From an uncultured Deinococcales bacterium (GTDB taxonomy: Bacteria > Deinococcota > Deinococci > Deinococcales > JAAFIG01), in the NCBI GenBank assembly GCA_964244895.1, contig CAXTKV010000122.1, positions 1 through 15,782 on the forward strand: a DNA stretch of 15,782 nucleotides, given 5' to 3'. Each line of letters opens with the position of its first letter. Position 1 is the first letter of the stretch. Under the pieces are notes generated by a model that made no database searches, was not told where the DNA came from, and saw nothing but the letters and a program-made list of their open reading frames with translations. Shown here piece after piece: positions 1 through 6,470 of this stretch. Both the position numbers and the translations under genes were made by a program.

Positions 1-1076
1 CCCGCGATGGCCGCCTTGACGCCCGGACGCTCGAGCAGTCCGAAGAGCGACTCCTGCACCGGTACGGGCCGCTCTAAGCCACCCAGCCGCAAGTCCAGGC
101 GTTCGACCTCGAGTCCCGGCTGGATGGCCGCCTCGAGTACGCGCAAGGCGTTCAGCCGCAGCGCCTTCGGGTCGGCGCTGGACGCCTTCAGCACCTGCCG
201 CGCCGTGGCCTCGCCCAGACCCGTGCGAACCGTCACCGTAACGACCCGCGCCCAGCGACCGTTCAGGCGCTCGACCGCCTCCGGCACGAGCTTCTCGAGT
301 ACCGGCAACCACTCTTGCGGCTCGAGCGCGGGCCAGTCGAAGTCGAAGCCCACCTCGACCTCGTCGGGCGGGCGGTGCGCCGGGATGGGCGCGTCGTCGC
401 GCCCGTTGGCGAGCGCCCAGACGCGGGCCGCGACCGCGCCGAAGTGCGCCTCGAGCTGCCTGGCCGTGACGCGCCGAACGTGCCCGAGCGTCAACCAGCC
501 GAAGAGCTTCAGGCGCTCCGCGACCCACTCCGGGACGCCCGCCGCGTTCAAGAGATACACCGGCACCGCCTCGAGAAACGCCCCGTCATCGCGCACGCGC
601 CTCGCGGCCCCATGCGCGGTCGTGAGCGCCGCCAGGAGCGCCGTCCCGCGCGAGTGCGCCAGGCCCACCCGCACGCCCAGCTCGAGCGCCACCGCTTCCG
701 CCTCGAGCGGGTCGAGCTGACCCGCGTACATCGCGCCCAACCCACCCGACTCGAGGTACGGCGTCACCCGATAGGCCGCCCCGATGGCGGCCTCCCACGC
801 GGCCTGAACGGTCGGACCGTCCAGGGGCACGACCACCGCGTCCGGGCACAGGCCACGGGCGCGGTCGAGCGCATCGCCGGGTTTCACACCCGCCCTGCGC
901 GGCCCAGCGTTCGCCCCGACCACGCGCCGACCCTCGACCACCAGCACCGACCGGCCCACGAGGGCCGGGTCGGTGCGCTGTGCCGCCCACGAAGGCGCGT
1001 CCGAGACGACGAGCGCCGCGACGGTCGTGAAGACGGTGGGGACCGTCCTGATGGGTTTGTGGGCGAGTACGGGCAC
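1..1076 (-). CDS. imuY: Y-family DNA polymerase-like ImuY/ImuB protein, 3' end runs off the window; absent from the ORF track
   Basis: Manual translation from GTG at 1076 (in-frame TGA two codons upstream) stays open to the edge: MPVLAHKP...VVGANAGPRRAGVKPGDALDRARGLCPDAVVVP...AYRVTPYLE...RVGLAHSRGTALLAA...AERLKLFGWLTLG...PVQESLFG. It has the IMS-type 'A..AGV.PG.....A..LCP' motif and a QxSLF beta-clamp motif, and lies downstream of lexA. Confidence 0.85.
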   Translation of the reverse strand, partial: MPVLAHKPIRTVPTVFTTVAALVVSDAPSWAAQRTDPALVGRSVLVVEGRRVVGANAGPRRAGVKPGDALDRARGLCPDAVVVPLDGPTVQAAWEAAIGAAYRVTPYLESGGLGAMYAGQLDPLEAEAVALELGVRVGLAHSRGTALLAALTTAHGAARRVRDDGAFLEAVPVYLLNAAGVPEWVAERLKLFGWLTLGHVRRVTARQLEAHFGAVAARVWALANGRDDAPIPAHRPPDEVEVGFDFDWPALEPQEWLPVLEKLVPEAVERLNGRWARVVTVTVRTGLGEATARQVLKASSADPKALRLNALRVLEAAIQPGLEVERLDLRLGGLERPVPVQESLFGLLERPGVKAAIA

Positions 1077-1218
1077 AGGTCACCATCCCGGCCCTTCTAG
1101 GGAATACACTGGACGGGCCGAACTACGGTACGAGACCAGCGGCGACGCTGGCTTCGGTCACGAAGCGCGCGGTCAGCTTCCCGGCGAGACGCGCGCTTCC
1201 TCTTTGGTTCAGCTCTGG

Positions 1219-1851
1219 CTACACGTTGACCTCCTTGAACAACCCCTCGAGCCTGCCGCGAAGCAAACCTTGATAGACGCCGTCCACGTAGACTTCGGAG
1301 AGTGGAACCTGGATGGAGTCGTATTCGCGGTTCTGCGCCTCCAGGAGCGCCTTCTTGCGGCGCACATCCCGGTACAGGTACTTCAGCGTCGCCTCGTGAC
1401 CGTTGACCCGCACGGCGCACATCTCGCCCTGTGCAGGCTCGAGGTTCGCCTGAAGGATGACGATATCGCCGTCCAGCACGCGGTCAGCCATCGAGTCGCC
1501 CGTGACGCGCAGCGCGAACCGACCGGGCTTGCCTGGAAGCTCGAGGTAGCCCACGACCTCCGGCATCGCCTCCGACAGCGGCCCGCCCCGGATGACGCCT
1601 GCGACCGGGACGACGAGGCCCGCCTCCGCGCGACCGGACAGGGTGAACGCCAGCGCGGGCGTGCGGCCCGCGCCGAGCGAACGCACCTCGAGCAAACCCT
1701 TGAGTTCGAGCGTCCCAAGGTGCTGCTTGATGCGCGTCTCGCTGAGCTTCAACTCTCGAGCCACGGCGGCGGGCGCGGGCAGGGCACCGAGCTTGCGCGA
1801 GGTGCGAACCAGAACGTTCCAGACCTTCTTCTGCGCGGGCGTGAGCAACAC
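1219..1851 (-). CDS. lexA: LexA-family repressor (wHTH + S24 peptidase)
   Basis: LTPAQKKVW...VARELKLSETRIKQHLGTLELKGLL wHTH; FALRVTGDSM catalytic Ser; EATLK catalytic Lys. Start moved from 1947 to GTG 1851, which follows a GAGGAG RBS. Confidence 0.9.
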   Translation of the reverse strand: MLLTPAQKKVWNVLVRTSRKLGALPAPAAVARELKLSETRIKQHLGTLELKGLLEVRSLGAGRTPALAFTLSGRAEAGLVVPVAGVIRGGPLSEAMPEVVGYLELPGKPGRFALRVTGDSMADRVLDGDIVILQANLEPAQGEMCAVRVNGHEATLKYLYRDVRRKKALLEAQNREYDSIQVPLSEVYVDGVYQGLLRGRLEGLFKEVNV

Positions 1852-1873
1852 GGTCGTTCTCCTCTGAGTCTCT

Positions 1874-1896
1874 GGTATCCGCAGTCTGTGGATACC
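1874..1896. promoter_or_regulatory. Candidate LexA operator palindrome
   Basis: GGTATCCGCAG-T-CTGTGGATACC: 11-bp arms with one mismatch, between the predicted -10 and the lexA RBS. Confidence 0.6.
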
Positions 1897-1907
1897 GTAG
1901 TCCCTCG

Positions 1908-1940
1908 AGAGTACGCGAGCTTGACGGTTCCCGTCAAGCT
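1908..1940 (-). promoter_or_regulatory. Sigma70-type lexA promoter with the -35 inside a perfect inverted repeat
   Basis: Minus strand TTGACG (1937-1932)-N18-TACTCT (1913-1908); inverted repeat AGCTTGACGG-TTC-CCGTCAAGCT at 1918-1940. Confidence 0.6.
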
Positions 1941-1968
1941 GGAACACTTCATTGTTGAACCGTCGAGG

Positions 1969-2742
1969 TCAGGAAAGTTGGAGATACCGAGCGAGTAAGG
2001 CTCGAAGCCGTTTGAATTCTTCGCCGACGGCCTCGACGTGCTTCTCCTCACGGCTGCTCAGGTCAGAAATAACGTCTGTCAGGATGGCCTCAAAGTCATT
2101 CGACTCGACAGCTAGGGTCAGGGTTTTGAGTGCCTTCTCGAAAAGGAACAGGGCTTTCTTCAACCGTTCCCCGAGGGTTGTCAATGCGGTGTCCAATTCC
2201 TCGTGGGGCAAAAAGTAGATGGGAACCGATAAGGCTTCAGAATTGAACCACACAGTGATGTCGAGCAGGTCGCTCGAAACGGTGGCATTCCACTGCTTGA
2301 GCTGTTCTTCAGCTTTCCAGGTCTGTTCACGCCAGAGGTTGTATTTTTCTGGTGGACTCAAGTTTTCAATATGCTGAAGCTCTTCGTCAGAATGCACAAA
2401 CATTTGCACCCTGAGTCCGTTGATGGCGTTCCGCATTTCACTCATGCGCGATATCACGCGACTCTGAAGTGAACTCACCTTCTCGAGCGTCTGCATCGCT
2501 ATCTGAGACCGTTTGTCCCACAGCAACTCCTGCCGCTTCTGGGATGCCTCATAGGACTTTGTGAGCGCTGATGACAGCAAGTTGACGAAAGTAATAATTG
2601 CTGTGACCATCAAGCCGAGCAGCGTCACCTGGGCTGGACTCGTCAAGTCCAGCTTCAAAAGGTTGCCTGGACTCAGCAAAAGCCCGAAAGCGAACGCGAG
2701 CAAGATGAGTAGAGCAGCGACGACATAGGCCGTCAGTTTCAC
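1969..2742 (-). CDS. Hypothetical membrane protein (two N-terminal TM segments + helical/coiled-coil domain), 257 aa
   Basis: GTG at 2742 overlaps the hsdM stop (GTGA). Hydrophobic segments AYVVAALLILLAFAFGLLL and VTLLGLMVTAIITFVNLL; GC visibly lower than neighbours. The track start at 3063 lies inside hsdM. Confidence 0.75.
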   Translation of the reverse strand: MKLTAYVVAALLILLAFAFGLLLSPGNLLKLDLTSPAQVTLLGLMVTAIITFVNLLSSALTKSYEASQKRQELLWDKRSQIAMQTLEKVSSLQSRVISRMSEMRNAINGLRVQMFVHSDEELQHIENLSPPEKYNLWREQTWKAEEQLKQWNATVSSDLLDITVWFNSEALSVPIYFLPHEELDTALTTLGERLKKALFLFEKALKTLTLAVESNDFEAILTDVISDLSSREEKHVEAVGEEFKRLRALLARYLQLS

Positions 2743-4196
2743 GCCGTTCCCAGCTCCTCCGTGATGCTCGAGAACTGCTCGAGCGCCAACTGAAGGTTCT
2801 CGGCTATCTCCGCCGCCAGCAAGCCCGGCGCGGGCAAGTTCTCGCCGTCCTCCAACGAGTCGTCCTTCAGCCACGTGATGTCCAGGTTGACCTTGTCTCG
2901 CGCGAGCAGTTCCTCGAGCGTGAAGACCTTGAAGCGTTCCGTCTCCTTGCGGTCGTGGCGCTTCTCGGGGTTGTAGCAGCGCACGAAGTTTTCGAGGTGG
3001 GACTCGCGCAGGGGGTTCGTCTTGAGCGTGAAGTTCTGGTTCGTGCGGAGGTCGTAGACCCACAGCTTGGTGGTCAACGCGTCGGCCTGTCCGGGTTTGC
3101 GGTCAAAGAACAGCACGTTCGCCTTGACGCCCTGCGCGTAGAAGATGCCCGTCGGCAAGCGCAGCAGCGTGTGAACGTCGTACTGCTGCAACAACCTGCG
3201 GCGCACGGTTTCACCCGCGCCGCCCTCGAACAGCACGTTGTCCGGCACGACCACCGCCGCGCGACCGTTCTGCGCGAGAATGTTGCCGATGTGCTGCAAG
3301 AAGTTCAGTTGCTTGTTGCTGGTCGTCGTCCAGAAGTCGTTGCGCTCGTAGCTGACGCTCTCGCGCCCCGCCTTACCGTCCTCACCGATGACGGTGATGC
3401 TGGACTTCTTGCCGAACGGCGGGTTGGCGAGAACCACGTCGTAGTACGCGCCACCCTGCACAGCCAGGCTGTCCTGCGCCCTGACCGGGCTGGTCTCGCC
3501 GCCGATGTTGTGCAGGTACAGGTTCATGGCGCACAAGCGCACGACGCTGTCCACGATGTCGAAGCCGAACAGCGTGCGTTCCTTGAGCGCCTTCGCCTGG
3601 TCCTTGTTCGGCCTCTGCGCTTTCAGGTACTCGTGCGCGGCCAAAAGAAACCCGCCCGTACCGCACGCCGGGTCGCAGACGGTCTCGCCCAGTCGCGGGC
3701 GAACGCATTCGACGAGCGCCCGGATGAGCGAACGCGGCGTGAAATACTGGCCCGCACCGCCTTTCACGTCTTCGGCGTTGCGCTCGAGCAAGCCCTCGTA
3801 GATGTCCCCGGTCACGTCCGCGCCGATGTCCAGCCACTCCTCGCGGTCAATGAGGTCCACCAGACGCCGCAGGATGGCGGGCGTCTTGAGCTTGCTCTGC
3901 GCTTTGGCGAAGATGGCCCCAAGCAAACTTCCGCCGTGACCCTGCCCGAGCAATTCCAGAACGCGAGCGTAATGCTTTTGCAGCGCGTCCCCCTCGAGTC
4001 CGCGCAGACTGGCCCAGTTGAGACCCTGGGGGATGCGTTCGCGCCCTCCGCGCAGTTGCGCCATCTCTGACTCCATCTTCAAGAACAGCAGGTACGTCAA
4101 TTCTTCAACGTAGTCGCCGTAGCTCAGGCCGTCATCGCGCAGGACGTGCGCGTAATTCCAGACTCGAGAGACAATAGCGGGTGCAGCTTGGGTCAC
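2739..4196 (-). CDS. hsdM: Type I RM methyltransferase subunit M (N6-adenine)
   Basis: YVEELTYLLFLKM N-terminus, GAGQYFTPR, DPACGTGGFL (SAM binding), VVLANPPF (catalytic), LRLPTGIFYAQGVK. Confidence 0.95.
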   Translation of the reverse strand: MTQAAPAIVSRVWNYAHVLRDDGLSYGDYVEELTYLLFLKMESEMAQLRGGRERIPQGLNWASLRGLEGDALQKHYARVLELLGQGHGGSLLGAIFAKAQSKLKTPAILRRLVDLIDREEWLDIGADVTGDIYEGLLERNAEDVKGGAGQYFTPRSLIRALVECVRPRLGETVCDPACGTGGFLLAAHEYLKAQRPNKDQAKALKERTLFGFDIVDSVVRLCAMNLYLHNIGGETSPVRAQDSLAVQGGAYYDVVLANPPFGKKSSITVIGEDGKAGRESVSYERNDFWTTTSNKQLNFLQHIGNILAQNGRAAVVVPDNVLFEGGAGETVRRRLLQQYDVHTLLRLPTGIFYAQGVKANVLFFDRKPGQADALTTKLWVYDLRTNQNFTLKTNPLRESHLENFVRCYNPEKRHDRKETERFKVFTLEELLARDKVNLDITWLKDDSLEDGENLPAPGLLAAEIAENLQLALEQFSSITEELGTA

Positions 4197-4441
4197 AACT
4201 CTCCCCCAGGAATGCGATGGATATTTCCCATCCCACCTTCAACATCGCAAGACGGCGTGCTTGCACCAGCTTGTAGCCGATGAGTAACCACACCTTCGTA
4301 CCGCGCGTGAGGAATTCTTAGAGCGCGATGGCAACGGACGAACCTGCCTTTGTAGGGTCCAGGGGTGATAACCATTACTGACCACTCGGAGTCTCTTTCG
4401 TTCCAAACACATTCCATTTCTACTTTTTGATATGGGTGCAT
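4193..4441 (-). CDS. Small hypothetical protein (82 aa) between hsdS and hsdM
   Basis: AGGGGGA RBS before the ATG; its TGA overlaps the hsdM GTG (GTGA coupling); fills the hsdS-hsdM gap. Confidence 0.6.
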   Translation of the reverse strand: MHPYQKVEMECVWNERDSEWSVMVITPGPYKGRFVRCHRALRIPHARYEGVVTHRLQAGASTPSCDVEGGMGNIHRIPGGEL

Positions 4442-4476
4442 CGTTCCCCCTAAAATTCACAACAAGCGGTTTTGGT

Positions 4477-6174
4477 TTAGTTCTTTCGTGGACGCCCGCG
4501 CTTTCGCGGTGCATCACCGGGAGCACCGTCCTGCACGGTGTTCTTCGTTTCACGTGTGCGACGGTGTTTCTGCGTACCCGCGAACCGTTGTGCTTTCTCG
4601 AGCTTGATGCGGTGCAGTAGTTCTGCGGCGGGTTCATCGTTCGGGTCTTGCGGCACGAGCTTCCCGGCGAACGCGCGTTTGAGAATGGACTGACGCAGGT
4701 GTTCGGCGCGTTTGAGTTCGTTCTCGAGCGTGTCCTCGAGCGTGTCAAGCACCTCGAGCCGACGTTCGATAAAAGTGGCGATGACAGCTTGTTCTTTTAA
4801 CGGAGGTATGGGTATTGGGGTACTGTCTATGGTTTCAGAACTTACGTGAGGAAGGTCTTTCCCATCCTGAGAACCTTTTTGACTACGGATGAGATGCTGC
4901 CGGAACGTTGGCCCTCGAACGAAAACGTAAAGATATCCGGCCTCAATAGCAAGCGTAGTCAAGAAACGACCAACTCGCTGGAGCAGCAGTGCCCCGTTCC
5001 AGTCCTCAGTGAGTTGAACGACTTTTGTTGCCCGAGAACCGCTCGAATACACTGGTCTATCCATTGCAATAGCGATATCGCCTGTTCTCAGCAGAAACTT
5101 CTGAAGTTTCACAGCATCAACTTCATCCCAATAGTCAACGTCAATGTCTGCTAACCAGCCATCACGAACGTTGACACCTTTAAGAAGCTTTACTCCACTT
5201 TTCTTAAACCCTGAGCTTGGGAACGCATAGCCAGCTTGTAACGATGCGACCTGTGCAATAGATGCCCACACCCATCCCTCTGGCAATTCCGGCAAGCTCG
5301 AGACATCTGGCCCCTGTGGTTCCTCGTACTTGGCTTTCCAGGCGTCCGTGAGCGGGTTCAACCCCTTCAAACGCATTTTCTCGAGTTGTTCCGCTTCCCA
5401 CTTCGCGCGGCGCTCCGAGAGCACGCGCTCGAGGAGCTTCTGGGCTGGCTCGAGTTCGTGCCGGTGCTGCTCGCGCCATTCGCGCGTGAGTTCGCCTTCG
5501 ACAGCGGCCTTGAGCACGGACTGACGGTAGCGGCGCAGCAGGGCACGCGTGCGCTCGAGGGCTTTCACGCCCGCCTCGAGTTTGGTCAGGAGTTCCTCGA
5601 GCTTCGAGACGATGCGGCGCTGCTCGGGAAGAGGTGGGAGGGGAATGACACTCTGCGCGAGAAATGCCGTCGGCACACGCCGCAGTCCCACCGCGCCCGT
5701 CATGCTTCCTTCAGCGATGCGTCGGTAACTACTCTGAGATAGAAAATGGAAAAGGTATTTTGCCGTCTCCGGCATCGTTGCCCTCAAAACGTGGAATTCA
5801 GTTGACCCACATCCAAGGCCATTGCGAAGGCCATTAACGACGGCGAGTTTTCCATTTTCCATGCAAGGTGTGACCTTTGCAAAAATAAGGTCGCCATCTA
5901 TGAAAGCTGTGTAGCCCTTTTTTACTTCACCGTATTTTCTCGAGTTCGAGGCATCAAACCGTCCTGAGAGTTCCTCGACAGCTCTCATCGGAACGAATGT
6001 AACGTCCGTTTCGTCTGACGGTGTGAATTGCCCGAGTCCAGGGTTCAGGTGTGCTACTTCCTCAACAGTCGTCCAGACCCAGCTTGCGGGTATGTCATCG
6101 GTTTCGGGTTGTGCTTCGGGCACGTTTGGTACGTGGCGCACGGGGTCGTGCGCTGGTTTCTCGGTGGTCAGCAC
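4477..6174 (-). CDS. hsdS: Type I RM specificity subunit S
   Basis: IPASWVW/LPEGWVW TRD starts, FAKVTPCMENGK, IPLPPLPEQRRIV and IPIPPLKEQ conserved regions, RQSILKRAFAGKLVPQDPNDEPA; two low-GC TRD segments. Confidence 0.95.
   Translation of the reverse strand: MLTTEKPAHDPVRHVPNVPEAQPETDDIPASWVWTTVEEVAHLNPGLGQFTPSDETDVTFVPMRAVEELSGRFDASNSRKYGEVKKGYTAFIDGDLIFAKVTPCMENGKLAVVNGLRNGLGCGSTEFHVLRATMPETAKYLFHFLSQSSYRRIAEGSMTGAVGLRRVPTAFLAQSVIPLPPLPEQRRIVSKLEELLTKLEAGVKALERTRALLRRYRQSVLKAAVEGELTREWREQHRHELEPAQKLLERVLSERRAKWEAEQLEKMRLKGLNPLTDAWKAKYEEPQGPDVSSLPELPEGWVWASIAQVASLQAGYAFPSSGFKKSGVKLLKGVNVRDGWLADIDVDYWDEVDAVKLQKFLLRTGDIAIAMDRPVYSSGSRATKVVQLTEDWNGALLLQRVGRFLTTLAIEAGYLYVFVRGPTFRQHLIRSQKGSQDGKDLPHVSSETIDSTPIPIPPLKEQAVIATFIERRLEVLDTLEDTLENELKRAEHLRQSILKRAFAGKLVPQDPNDEPAAELLHRIKLEKAQRFAGTQKHRRTRETKNTVQDGAPGDAPRKRGRPRKN
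4524..4572. repeat. Bipartite repeat copy B, inside the hsdS 3' end
   Basis: CACCGTCCTGCACGGTGTT (4524-4542) and CGTGTGCGACGGTGTTTCTG (4553-4572) match 6217-6235 (17/19) and 6255-6274 (18/20). Confidence 0.7.
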
Positions 6175-6180
6175 GCGGGC

Positions 6181-6210
6181 ATCCTAACCTGACGCGGTGG
6201 GGCGTGCCAA
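6181..6210 (-). promoter_or_regulatory. Leaderless promoter of hsdS
   Basis: TTGGCA-N18-TAGGAT-N6-GTG, with no SD sequence. Confidence 0.55.
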
Positions 6211-6211
6211 G

Positions 6212-6274
6212 ACAAACACCGTCCAGGACGGTGTTTGTTCAACCTGCAAAACAGCGTGTGGGACGGTGTTCCTG
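6212..6274. repeat. Bipartite repeat copy A with a perfect palindrome, upstream of hsdS
   Basis: ACAAACACCGTCC-A-GGACGGTGTTTGT (6212-6238) plus an extra half-site GGACGGTGTT at 6261-6270. Confidence 0.8.
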
Positions 6275-6281
6275 GCCGGGT

Positions 6282-6461
6282 TCAAGTCGGGTCTGGTGGC
6301 TCGGGCTTCGCTGGCGCTTCGCCCAAGCGGTCAGGGTAGGTCACGGTCACGCTGCCGTCCGGGTGGAAGGTCGTGACGCGGCCCGGTGGACGCTCGCCGC
6401 GCAGGATAGCGCCACCTTCTTTGACGTTCTCAACGAGTTCCTTGAACAATTCATCGTCCAT
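6282..6461 (-). CDS. 59-aa protein resembling the N-terminal segment of NadS/HigA2-type antitoxins, without the HTH
   Basis: Manual translation: MDDELFKELVENVKEGGAILRGERPPGRVTTFHPDGSVTVTYPDRLGEAPAKPEPPDPT*. TAAGCT lies 6 nt before the ATG. Not in the ORF track, apparently below its size cut-off. Confidence 0.65.
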   Translation of the reverse strand: MDDELFKELVENVKEGGAILRGERPPGRVTTFHPDGSVTVTYPDRLGEAPAKPEPPDPT

Positions 6462-6470
6462 GCCTTCAGC

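Noticed and set aside
1083..1094. 12-bp match GGGCCGGGATGG to 15770-15781 as an att site
   Set aside because: It is in inverted orientation and short, whereas attL/attR would be direct repeats; probably chance.
1097..1236. AAGGAGGT at the lexA 3' end suggesting a small gene between lexA and imuY
   Set aside because: The following GTG is immediately followed by TAG, and no credible ORF fills the gap.
1918..1940. Hairpin as terminator of the RM operon
   Set aside because: No U-tract on the minus strand and it overlaps the lexA -35, so it is treated as regulatory instead.
7..1998. + strand ORFs 7-720, 315-1100 and 973-1998, and minus ORF 586-1086
   Set aside because: Shadows or alternate frames of imuY and lexA.
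2955..4070. 371-aa + strand ORF
   Set aside because: Antisense to hsdM.
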